64,000 nt of DNA from Octopus vulgaris (Eukaryota): contig OX597819.1 of assembly GCA_951406725.2 (NCBI GenBank), forward strand, positions 34,348,001-34,412,000, given 5' to 3'. Position numbers and translations under genes: made by a program. The notes beneath the pieces were generated by a model. That model saw only the letters and a list, made by a program, of their open reading frames with translations, did no database searches and was not told the origin of the DNA. This document shows positions 41,881 to 51,977 of this stretch, one piece after another; the stretch's first letter is position 1; the number at the start of each line of letters is the position of its first letter.

Positions 41881-42487
41881 TTGTTCTTGATTCGACGGTC
41901 ATTCGGAATGCTCACAGCAGCCATATTCCTACCACTCTATGTCACGCTGGTGAGACCCATATTGGAGTACGGGATTCAAGCCTCTTCTCCTTATCTCCTC
42001 AAAGACATACAGCATCTCGAAAGAGTCCAGAAGCTGGCTACCCGCATGGTTCATGGTCTCAAAAATTTGTCCTATGAAGAAAGGCTGAGGACGCTCGACC
42101 TTTATTCTCTAGAAAAACGCCGCCGCCGTGGTGATCTCATTCTCGCCCACAACATCATAAGCGGAAAGTGTAACCTCTCGAAAGAGCTGTTCTTCACTCC
42201 TGCTCCAGAGCGTCGGCTGCGGGGTCATTCCGAAAAGCTCTACCTGCGACAATTTCATCTCAATCGGAGGAGAGGAGCTTTCTCAGTCCGGGTTGCGGAT
42301 CCATGGAACAAGCTGCCAGACGAGATGGTGAAGATGCCGACGACCGCTTTGTTCAAAGCCTCCCTTGACCTCAAGTGGCCTGAACTCTTTACATGAACAC
42401 CACCCTGTACTTAACTCCATGTCCCCCTACATGGCCTTGCTATTTGCTTTTGAGCCAAATTAACTAACTAACTAACTAACTAACTAA
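41881..42487 (+). mobile_element. Young 5'-truncated CR1-clade LINE (ORF2 C-terminus, 3'UTR, (AACT)n tail)
   Basis: Uninterrupted 171-aa frame: LYVTLVRPILEY...LERVQKLATRMV..LSYEERL..LYSLEKRRRRGDLI...FSVRV..WNKLP; tandem AACT tail 42461-42487. Confidence 0.92.
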
Positions 42488-42661
42488 TACCTATTTTTGG
42501 CAATAAACTGTTACCATATAGGTTAATAAAATATTCAATGGCTTAATTACACTTAACTGATTTTAAAATTCATATATTGACATAGGATTGGGAATAGGAA
42601 TAAGAGCAGAACTAAAACAGGAACTGAATAGGAAACATGATAAGGCATGAAACTTTTTTTA

Positions 42662-42924
42662 TTTCTTTTTTTACCTTTTAGGTTCAGTTTCTACGACATA
42701 AATCAATGTCACATGGGTGAAAACATCAATTGAAACAAACTGCTGTGGTATTACTTTAGAATATTTATCACTTTGACAAGACTTTAACTTTTTCTATATT
42801 CATCATCATCATTTTTATATTCACTTTTCCATGCTCACATGGGTCAGATGAAATTTTGTTGAGGCGGATTTTCTATGGTCAAGTGCCCTTCCTGTTGCCA
42901 ACCCTCACCTGTTTCCAAGTAAGG
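42662..42924 (+). repeat. Local direct duplication, copy 2
   Basis: See 40840-41112. Confidence 0.9.
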
Positions 42925-43537
42925 TAATATTTCCCCATAACCAAACGTGTTTTTATGGGAGATGATCCCTGCTTTTCTGGGTATTACAAGGTAATACAGC
43001 TAGTATATATACCAATGTTTACCTCCTCATAACTTAGCGGTTCGGCAAAAGAGGCTGATAGAATAAGTACTAAGCTTACAAAGAATAAGTCCTGGGGTCG
43101 ATTTGTTCAACTAAAGGCAGTGCTCCAGCATGACTGCAGTCAAACGACTGTAAGAAGTAAAAGAATATATGATGGACTCTCGCATCAGTTTTGACATATG
43201 GAGATCTGGCAACCTACACTTTCTATGTCAGTTGTAATGCTTATGTCGAATGTGACATTTGAGCCCCACTAATGATTTGCAAAGAATCCCACAGATGTTG
43301 CAAGTATGAGGATTACAGGTCAGTGCAGGTGGTGTACTTGCAGGCTCTTTTCTCCTCTGCTTTGCACTTCTTAGCTGGGCTGCTCATGTGATCAAGGTGC
43401 TACCCAGTGGGACTGAACATGGAATTATTTGGTTGGGAAGCAAACTGCTTACCACATAGCTATACCAGCAACTATTTTATATTTCTGAAATACAAGAATT
43501 CTCCCTAAAAGCATTCAGAACAAATTACAGTACTCAC

Positions 43538-43675
43538 CTGCTCTCCCAATGCTTCCCGTATCCTAAGCGTTTGCAAACGAAATTTTTCCAGGGATGCCTC
43601 CAAAGTATGGCATCTTTCCTGCCAGTGAGCAGCGGCGGCGGCAGCATCTGTACCCTGGAATTCTGCAGCAGCCAT
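43538..43675 (-). CDS. PLEKHH2: First coding segment of host gene, PLEKHH1/PLEKHH2 (MAX-1 family)-like; whole exon 43538-43774
   Basis: MAAAEFQGTDAAAAAAHWQERCHTLEASLEKFRLQTLRIREALGEQ matches my recollection of the PLEKHH N-terminal motif W.ERC..LE..L.KFR.Q...IRE.L.E. Acceptor TTTTAG|G at 43774, donor CAG|GTGAGT at 43538 (phase 0), Kozak gctATGg, in-frame stop upstream. Paralogue not resolvable. Confidence 0.82.
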
Positions 43676-43834
43676 AGCCTCATCCAACAACACCTATATC
43701 CACATCACATGAGTCCCTTTGTGAGATGTATTCCTTTCGTAACACTAGTCTTCCCTTTTATCACAGCCACCAGCCTAAAATTAAAAAAATATCAAAGCAT
43801 TAATATTGTTAGTTTTATTCGTTTATTTTTTAAA

Positions 43835-44101
43835 ATTCTTTTATTTGTTTCAGTCATTTGACTGTGGCCATGCTGGAGCATCGCCTTAAAAGGTTTTAGT
43901 CGAAGAAATTGGCCCCATGACTTATTCTTTGTAAGCCTGGTACATATTTTATTGGTCTCTCTTGCTGAAACACTAAGTTACAGGGATGTAAACACACCAA
44001 CACCAGTTGTCAAGTGGTGATGGGGGCACAAACACAAACACACAAACACACACAGATATATACATATGGGTCTTTTGGAGACCAATACTTTACACACACA
44101 A

Positions 44102-44149
<48 letters not shown>

Positions 44150-44305
44150 GATGGACTTCTTTCAGTTTCTCTCTACCAAATCCACTCACAAGGCTTTGGT
44201 TGGCCTGAAGCTATAGTAGAAGACATTTGCCCAAGGTGCCACACAGTAGGACTGAACCTGAAACTACGTTTTGGGGAAGCAAGCTTCCTACCACACAGCC
44301 ATAGT
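43835..44305 (-). mobile_element. SINE family A
   Basis: Homology to other copies. Confidence 0.88.
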
Positions 44306-44339
44306 ATTTTCTTCATCAAAAGAATTCATCCAGAATTAA

Positions 44340-45465
44340 AACATGCAAACATGGTTGTGTGGTAAAATGTTTTGCTTCCCAACCACATGGTTCTAGGTTC
44401 AATCCCACTGTGTTGCATCTTGAGCAAGTGATTTCTACTATAGCACTGAGATAAGCAAAGCTTCGTGAGTGAATTTGGTAGATGGAAACTGAAAGAAACC
44501 TATCAAAATAAATGGTTCGCCTGTCCCCTCACCACTCAACAACTGGTATGGATTTGTTTGTTTATGTCCCTGTAACTTGGTTCAGCAAAGGTGACCAAAA
44601 GAATAAGTACCAGGAATCTCCTTCAGTCATGAATGACCATAGGATTGCACCTAGAAAGATCCCCTCTGAGGCAGAAGTCCAGGCAAGATTGTTTTTTATG
44701 GAAAGCCAGCAGTGAGCCAGGAATACCAACCTCTCCTCTGCGTGCCACTGATGTTATCCAAGGGAAAGGCAAAAAGGGCTGATACAGCTTGGCACCAATG
44801 ATATCAACCCATTTCTACAGCTGAGTGAACGGGAGCAATGTGAAATAAAGTGTCTTGCTCAAGAACACTACACACAGCCTGGTCCAGGAATCGAAAGCAC
44901 TACCTCATGATTGTAAGTCTGATGCTCTTACCACTGAGCTATGCGCCGTCATGAATAAGTGTGGAGGTGCAATGGCCCAGTGGTTAGGGCAGCGGACTCG
45001 TGGTCGGAGGATCGCGGTTTCGATTCCCAGACCGGGCGTTGTGAGTGTTTATTGAGCGAAAACACCTAAAGCTCCACGAGGCTCCGGCAGGGATGGTGGT
45101 GATCCCTGCTGTACTCTTTCACCACAACTTTCTCTCACTCTTACTTCCTGTTTCTGTTGTACCTGTATTTCGAAGGGCCGGCCTTGTCACTCTCTGTGTC
45201 ATGCTGAATATCCCCGAGAACTACGTTAAGGGTACACGTGTCTGTGGAGTGCTCAGCCACTTACACGTTAATTTCACGAGCAGGCTGTTCCGTTGATCGG
45301 ATCAACCGGAACCCTCATCGTCGTAACCGACGGAGTGCTTCCATCCATGAATAAGTACTGGACTTAAAAAAAAATATGTACTGAGAGTGGTTTATTCAAC
45401 TAAACCCCTCAAAGCAGTTCATCAGCATGGTCATGGTCAAATGAGTGAAACCGGTAAAAGATAAG
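44340..45465 (+). mobile_element. SINE family A split by nested SINEs (head D at 44614-44946, head C at 44962-45342)
   Basis: 5' half 44340-44610; 3' half resumes at ~45350. Confidence 0.75.
44962..45342 (+). mobile_element. SINE, head C + tail T1
   Basis: 11-bp TSD CATGAATAAGT (44950-60, 45346-56). Confidence 0.9.
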
Positions 45466-45594
45466 AAATTGCTGCACTTTCGTTTGAAACAAAACCAAAT
45501 CGAAATATTACTTATTGAAAAAAACTATTAAGTTTTTCTAAATAATTTGTTCATTAAATGTCTTGCAAACAACTTGCACATGCAAGTGCTACCA

Positions 45595-46095
45595 GTTAAA
45601 AGCTCCGTATATCGGAATCTAGCAAGTGTATGGGGTCATCAGGAGAGAATGCGTGCCGTTTCGGGGCCTACCTCTCGACGGCATCGATGCGCCCCGCCCC
45701 CCACCCCTCGCTGATATGAGGCCCCGGTTGCTAGATCAGCTGGTTATGAAGAACTCAATATACTTCTAGCCATCGCTCATCGTCTCTTTTTAACCAAACC
45801 TAGTGGCTAGCCTTCTCCACTGTAGATTGGATATCAGTCATGGTGGTATTGACTTTACGATGAGTTAGGCCTAGCGATAACAACAGTCATCTCACGCTGT
45901 GTCCTACAAACCCTCTACATCCGACTTCGATAGGAAAATGTTCCGCTTTCCAGCCTGCGTCTTCACATTCCTCGAGGAGGTTTTCATAACGATTCAATTT
46001 TCGAGCCCGAGCGGCGTCCATATTATCTTTGTGAGGAACCGTTAGCTCGACTATATTTACAACTTTCTTTCTTTCACACCACATCAAAATATCAA
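45595..46095 (-). mobile_element. 5'-truncated RLE-type non-LTR retrotransposon (Hero/NeSL-like) 3' end
   Basis: DILMW...IVELTVPH...RKLNRY..L..C...GW...FPIEVGCRGFV...SH*VWLKR, a PD-(D/E)xK restriction-like endonuclease pattern; two stops. Confidence 0.85.
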
Positions 46096-46451
46096 ATGAA
46101 ACATAAAACTGTAAATATTTTAAATAAAAACTGTTAACTACAGCAGATAAATTCAATATAGTGCTAGAAAATGTTTAATAACAGCATTGATATTTAGTAG
46201 CTTTCTTGATATAAAAATGTACTTAATCAAAGACATGTTCAAATGCAAGTTTAAAACTGTAAATACAAACATAAGTTGTCATCATCATCATCACCACCAT
46301 CATCACAACCATCATCAATTTACATCGGCTTTCCACGGATCATATATCACTTGTAAGTTTTATTTTTATATTACAGTATCCTTGACTATAGCCCTGAAAC
46401 AATCAAAGGTTTGTGGGTGTATTTGGTAGAAAGAAACTGAAAGAAGCCCTT

Positions 46452-46484
<33 letters not shown>

Positions 46485-46493
<9 letters not shown>

Positions 46494-48053
46494 TAAAAAG
46501 AATTCCAACCTTGTCTGATTTTCACGTTTTATTTACAATCTTATAATGATATATTATATGATAATATATTATAATTGAATAAAATAAAATGAAATAGTAG
46601 AATGTTAAATATTCATTCTGATTGAACTAGTACTTTCATGCATTGAATTCTGCAATCTTCGGGTTCATGTAGTAGTGTTGACAGTCATGCTTCACAATTT
46701 TTGACTGTAGCAAGATGAGTGATTCTGTGCTATAAATACAGCTGGGTAGGCTCCAGAGTGCTAGGTTTTGCAAACTGTATTCTGACCAATCAGTGTGTAG
46801 TATCACTCAATTACTTAAGCTGATTGGTTGGTTGAGCTGATTGGTTTAGGCATCACGCTTTGTTGGACAGGTCAAGAGTCCTGTATCTTGACCCTGGCCG
46901 AAGCAGCAATTGTTGGGTTATTTTTAGAAATGTTGTAAATATCCTTTGTCAGAGATTTTTATATTTTTATATTTCAATTGTCATCATCATCATTGTCAGC
47001 ACCTTAATTATTGTTGCTAGTGGTGATGGTGGTGGCAATAGAACTTTTAACCCTAAATAAGATAATTTTCCTGCTATCTTCGTCTTGATCACCTTTAGTA
47101 TTGTTGTTGTTGTTAGTGGTCATGGTCGTAGCAGTGGAAGTAATACCTCTAAGTATTATTATTATTGCTTATTTAGCTTGGGTTCGAATTTATCAATAAA
47201 ATTCTTTTCTCTGATTTTCCTCTCGATTTCACTTGGGCTGTGTAATTTGTAGAATGGAAATATTATATATATTTTCCGACCACATGTTGCTAGGTGGTTA
47301 CTCAAAGGTATCTGACGGACCTCTGGGTCTCTAATCTGTTGCCGGTGTACACGTGAGCGTTCTAATAGTGCGTTTCCCGTCTGACCTACATATATTTCTT
47401 CACAATTTGGGCATTTGATGCAGTAAATTAAATTTCTGCTTTTGCAGTTCATATTCGCGTTTGTGAATATTTTCCCGGTTTTTGTGTTTATATATTGACC
47501 GGTATGTATGAATTGGCATGTGCCACATCGGCTATCATTGCATTTAGATACCGTGAATGTTTGGTCTTTGTTGCTGAGGTCAAATTTTGCCTTTGTTAGT
47601 AATGTTTTCAAGTTTTTAGGCTGTCTTTTACTAAGCACCATAGCTCGATCCTTGATTATGTCTTTTAATTCATTACTTTGGGCAATGATTGGTAGGTTTG
47701 CTTTGGCAATGTTGAAGATATTCTGGTGACATGGGTTGTGTGTCACTATGAATGGTATGACTTGTTCTTGTTTTCCTCTTCCTTGGGTTGTCCTAAGTTG
47801 TTGTATAGGTATTTTTATAGCCCGCTGTATGCCATTTTCTATAAGTAGAGATGGGTATTTTTGTTTGAGCAAAAATTCTCTTAGTTCTATTAGGCGTTTG
47901 TTCCTGATATTTGCATCTTCTACAATAGTACAAATTCTTCTGGCTAGGCAGTATGGGATGTTACGTTTTGTATGTGGTGGATGGCACGACTTAAAATTTA
48001 GGTATTGATGTGTGTCTGTGTGTTTATAGTATATATCTGTGGTGATGGTGGTG
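46485..48053 (-). repeat. Left inverted arm (1,569 bp): truncated RT thumb, GIY-YIG, 3'UTR/pLTR
   Basis: Mirror ORFs have coordinates summing to 98505 (e.g. 47162+51343); at least two mismatches (47240/51265, 47615/50890). Confidence 0.97.
46623..46667 (-). ncRNA. Minimal type I hammerhead ribozyme (mirror copy)
   Basis: Exact reverse complement of 51838-51882. Confidence 0.8.
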
Positions 48054-48059
48054 CCTTGG

Positions 48060-49109
48060 ATGTCAGAAATAAACGAAAGAAATCTGGAAAAAGAGGCACA
48101 CCGAAAAAGAGAAGAGATACAGAAGACATGGAAAAAACTCCTTAACATAAGAAAACAAAACTTCTGGAAGGCATATAAATGCGAAAAATATGCTGAAATA
48201 CATTCGAAATGGATATCTTTAGCGGCACCCATACTTCCTCGGAAGTACCTAATTAAAGAAATTGCAGGAGAACCAGAGGAAGAAACTAAACTTCGATGGG
48301 ACCTTAGTTTGATAAAATTCAGGACCGACATCTCCATTACCCTGTCTAAACAATCCCGCTACAAAGCCAAATACGAAGCTATCGATGATCAAATCAGAGA
48401 TGAAATATCCAAACTAACGACCGGCAATATAGCAGAAAAAATGCGAGAACTATGGATCAGAGATATCTCAAAAGAAGAAAGCAGATCAAGAAAGTTTTGG
48501 CAGCGGAAACAATTATTTCTCGACAAATATGCTACAAATTACGGTAAAGACACCAGAACTCCGAGAAATAGCATTAAAAGTGGACAACCTCACCAACGCA
48601 ACATACACCAGAACACGTGGCAACATGAACACCCGTTTCACCACGAATCGAAGACGAACTACGGTAAGAACTCTTCCCATTTTGTATGCAAACACCCTAA
48701 TGCACACAACATGAACAAAAAGCACAAACAAAATAGATATTGTTTTGAACAGACCATTAGCAGTAGAAATAACAGGAGATCATTTTCAAGACCTCAACAG
48801 AGATTACCCACAAGAAACTGGACAAAAAACCGATCTAGATCTAGAAGTAAACCCAGATCATTTCTCCAGGTGGTTAAAAACAATGCTAACAAGAAATTGA
48901 AAAGTAGCATACATAATACCAAAAACAAGACAGAAAACATAACGAAACCAAGTAAAGTACCACAACCAAAACGCAAAATTCATCAAGCAAACATCAACAG
49001 GAATATAAATCATAACCAGAAAAAAATCCATTTTTTTACGTCAGGACAACAAACACCGGAGAAAGAAAAAATCCAAGAGGAAACATACCCCAAACAACTG
49101 AACGTATAG
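48060..49109 (+). CDS. PLE upstream ORF (helical N-half, basic K/R/N-rich C-half), probably 5'-truncated at the inversion junction
   Basis: 350 codons open with the same A-rich strand bias as the RT ORF. The track's first residues (48039-48053) come from the inverted arm; first ATG after the junction is 48060. Confidence 0.75.
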   Translation: MSEINERNLEKEAHRKREEIQKTWKKLLNIRKQNFWKAYKCEKYAEIHSKWISLAAPILPRKYLIKEIAGEPEEETKLRWDLSLIKFRTDISITLSKQSRYKAKYEAIDDQIRDEISKLTTGNIAEKMRELWIRDISKEESRSRKFWQRKQLFLDKYATNYGKDTRTPRNSIKSGQPHQRNIHQNTWQHEHPFHHESKTNYGKNSSHFVCKHPNAHNMNKKHKQNRYCFEQTISSRNNRRSFSRPQQRLPTRNWTKNRSRSRSKPRSFLQVVKNNANKKLKSSIHNTKNKTENITKPSKVPQPKRKIHQANINRNINHNQKKIHFFTSGQQTPEKEKIQEETYPKQLNV

Positions 49110-51343
49110 ATCCTAAAATAATTAATTTATCAAAAAGAGATCTTGACAATGATGAAATCCAACTTCTGTCAAAAGGACTGAAATTCACACCTACACCAAC
49201 AGCCAACCACCAAGAATTAAAGGAGGATATCCAAAAATTCTGTCGAAAATTACGACTTGTAGAATTCTTCGCTAACAAAAGTAATGAGATTGATGAATCC
49301 CTAGTAAGGAATAAATCAAATTTCACCCCACCAAAAGGAAGAAATAACTACCTTGACCAATACATTGATATCCTGTCTAAATTTCCCCTTAGACGCAATA
49401 CCAATGTTAGGCCAAACATTAGCAAATCAGAGATGTCTGCATGTAAACGTATACAAAACGATCAAACAATAATAATTAAACAAGCAGATAAAGGTGGTGC
49501 AATTGTTATTATGGATACCGAATACTATAAGGATTTGGTTGAAGACCAACTGAAGGATACAACCTTCTATTGTGAAATACCCGCAAATATAGACCACCAC
49601 ATCATGAAAAAGATCAACAACCTGATTTCAACACACCACAACTCACTTACGGATAATGAAAAAGACTACATCACCAATTTTGAACCAAAACCCAGCAACT
49701 TCTACGGCTTACCAAAAATACACAAATCAAAAAACATTCAACAGGCAGTAAAAGAACAAGAAAGTGAGTACATAAAATTATTACATCCAAAAGACCTAAA
49801 ACTTAGACCTATTATAGCTGGTCCAGCATGCCCTACACACCGTCTAAGCAATTTTATTGACATTGTTTTGAAACCACTATGTACTTACATACCAAGTTTC
49901 ATCAGGGATGACATCGACTTCCTGTCCCATCTTCCCAAAACAACAGAAACAAATTCAGTTTTACTAAGTTTTGATGTGGTAAGCCTCTACACCAATATTC
50001 CACACGATTTAGGAATAAAGGCGATTAAATACTGGTTAGAAAAACATAGAGAAGTGATTCCCAGCAGATTCACAGTGCCATTTATATTAGACACAGTCAA
50101 ACTTATTCTAGAAAATAACACATTCTTCTTCAATGGAAAGAATTACATCCAAATTAGAGGCACGGCGATGGGAACGAGGTTTGCTCCCGTTTACGCCAAC
50201 TCTGTAATGGGATACTTAGAAGAACAACTCTACCAAGAGGTGGAGGTAAACTATGGCACTGGATTTAGAAAGTATATTGAAAAGGCATGGAAGAGATACC
50301 TAGACGACTGTTTCATAATCTGGACAGAATCTCTAAATACTCTGGAAGAGTTCAATATCCTCCTGAACAACCTACACCCATCTCTCAAATTTACAAAGGA
50401 GATGAGTAGTACCAAATTACCATTCCTGGATATAATGGTAATTAAAAAAGACACCACCATCACCACAGATATATACTATAAACACACAGACACACATCAA
50501 TACCTAAATTTTAAGTCGTGCCATCCACCACATACAAAACGTAACATCCCATACTGCCTAGCCAGAAGAATTTGTACTATTGTAGAAGATGCAAATATCA
50601 GGAACAAACGCCTAATAGAACTAAGAGAATTTTTGCTCAAACAAAAATACCCATCTCTACTTATAGAAAATGGCATACAGCGGGCTATAAAAATACCTAT
50701 ACAACAACTTAGGACAACCCAAGGAAGAGGAAAACAAGAACAAGTCATACCATTCATAGTGACACACAACCCATGTCACCAGAATATCTTCAACATTGCC
50801 AAAGCAAACCTACCAATCATTGCCCAAAGTAATGAATTAAAAGACATAATCAAGGATCGAGCTATGGTGCTTAGTAAAAGACAGCCTAAGAACTTGAAAA
50901 CATTACTAACAAAGGCAAAATTTGACCTCAGCAACAAAGACCAAACATTCACGGTATCTAAATGCAATGATAGCCGATGTGGCACATGCCAATTCATACA
51001 TACCGGTCAATATATAAACACAAAAACCGGGAAAATATTCACAAACGCGAATATGAACTGCAAAAGCAGAAATTTAATTTACTGCATCAAATGCCCAAAT
51101 TGTGAAGAAATATATGTAGGTCAGACGGGAAACGCACTATTAGAACGCTCACGTGTACACCGGCAACAGATTAGAGACCCAGAGGTCCGTCAGATACCTT
51201 TGAGTAACCACCTAGCAACATGTGGTCGGAAAATATATATAATATTTCCATTCTACAAATTACATAGCCCAAGTGAAATCGAGAGGAAAATCAGAGAAAA
51301 GAATTTTATTGATAAATTCGAACCCAAGCTAAATAAGCAATAA
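49016..51343 (+). CDS. PLE reverse transcriptase + GIY-YIG endonuclease (frame open from 49016; first ATG at 49433)
   Basis: IINLS..LSKGLKFTPTP..RKLRL upstream of the ATG; then ADKGG, FYGLPKIHK, RPII, FDVVSLYTNI, GTAMG, RYLDD, PFLD, CX4CX2C linker (CNDSRCGTC), LIY-CIKCPNC-YVG with two downstream His; ends PKLNKQ*. Confidence 0.95.
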   Translation, partial: PEKNPFFYVRTTNTGERKNPRGNIPQTTERIDPKIINLSKRDLDNDEIQLLSKGLKFTPTPTANHQELKEDIQKFCRKLRLVEFFANKSNEIDESLVRNKSNFTPPKGRNNYLDQYIDILSKFPLRRNTNVRPNISKSEMSACKRIQNDQTIIIKQADKGGAIVIMDTEYYKDLVEDQLKDTTFYCEIPANIDHHIMKKINNLISTHHNSLTDNEKDYITNFEPKPSNFYGLPKIHKSKNIQQAVKEQESEYIKLLHPKDLKLRPIIAGPACPTHRLSNFIDIVLKPLCTYIPSFIRDDIDFLSHLPKTTETNSVLLSFDVVSLYTNIPHDLGIKAIKYWLEKHREVIPSRFTVPFILDTVKLILENNTFFFNGKNYIQIRGTAMGTRFAPVYANSVMGYLEEQLYQEVEVNYGTGFRKYIEKAWKRYLDDCFIIWTESLNTLEEFNILLNNLHPSLKFTKEMSSTKLPFLDIMVIKKDTTITTDIYYKHTDTHQYLNFKSCHPPHTKRNIPYCLARRICTIVEDANIRNKRLIELREFLLKQKYPSLLIENGIQRAIKIPIQQLRTTQGRGKQEQVIPFIVTHNPCHQNIFNIAKANLPIIAQSNELKDIIKDRAMVLSKRQPKNLKTLLTKAKFDLSNKDQTFTVSKCNDSRCGTCQFIHTGQYINTKTGKIFTNANMNCKSRNLIYCIKCPNCEEIYVGQTGNALLERSRVHRQQIRDPEVRQIPLSNHLATCGRKIYIIFPFYKLHSPSEIERKIREKNFIDKFEPKLNKQ

Positions 51344-51654
51344 TAATAATACTTAGAGGTATTACTTCCACTGCTACGACCATGACCACTAACAACAACA
51401 ACAATACTAAAGGTGATCAAGACGAAGATAGCAGGAAAATTATCTTATTTAGGGTTAAAAGTTCTATTGCCACCACCATCACCACTAGCAACAATAATTA
51501 AGGTGCTGACAATGATGATGATGACAATTGAAATATAAAAATATAAAAATCTCTGACAAAGGATATTTACAACATTTCTAAAAATAACCCAACAATTGCT
51601 GCTTCGGCCAGGGTCAAGATACAGGACTCTTGACCTGTCCAACAAAGCGTGATG

Positions 51655-51805
51655 CCTAAACCAATCAGCTCAACCAACCAATCAGCTTAAGTAATTGAGT
51701 GATACTACACACTGATTGGTCAGAATACAGTTTGCAAAACCTAGCACTCTGGAGCCTACCCAGCTGTATTTATAGCACAGAATCACTCATCTTGCTACAG
51801 TCAAA
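51655..51805 (+). promoter_or_regulatory. Putative Pol II promoter in the pLTR (mirror copy 46700-46850, minus strand)
   Basis: CCAATCAG at 51661 and 51678, reverse CTGATTGG at ~51712, TATTTATAG at 51767-51775, Inr-like ACAGTC ~30 nt downstream. Confidence 0.6.
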
Positions 51806-51837
51806 AATTGTGAAGCATGACTGTCAACACTACTACA

Positions 51838-51882
51838 TGAACCCGAAGATTGCAGAATTCAATGCATGAAAGTACTAGTTCA
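51838..51882 (+). ncRNA. Minimal type I hammerhead ribozyme with variant core
   Basis: Stem I TGAAC/GTTCA; core CCGAAGA; stem II TGCA-gaattcaa-TGCA; GAA; palindromic stem III AGTACT; predicted cleavage after CUA (A51877). Confidence 0.8.
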
Positions 51883-51971
51883 ATCAGAATGAATATTTAA
51901 CATTCTACTATTTCATTTTATTTTATTCAATTATAATATATTATCATATAATATATCATTATAAGATTGTA

Positions 51972-51977
51972 AATAAA
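51972..51977 (+). terminator. Candidate poly(A) signal of the PLE
   Basis: AATAAA ~45 nt before the arm end; AT-rich context weakens the call. Confidence 0.35.

Noticed and set aside
47162-48337. 391-aa minus-strand ORF as an independent gene
   Set aside because: Chimeric reading: its C-terminal part is the inverted copy of the PLE RT/EN end, and its N-terminus is antisense of the upstream ORF across the junction
49016-51343. Selenoprotein-type PLE
   Set aside because: No in-frame TGA; the frame is open to TAA
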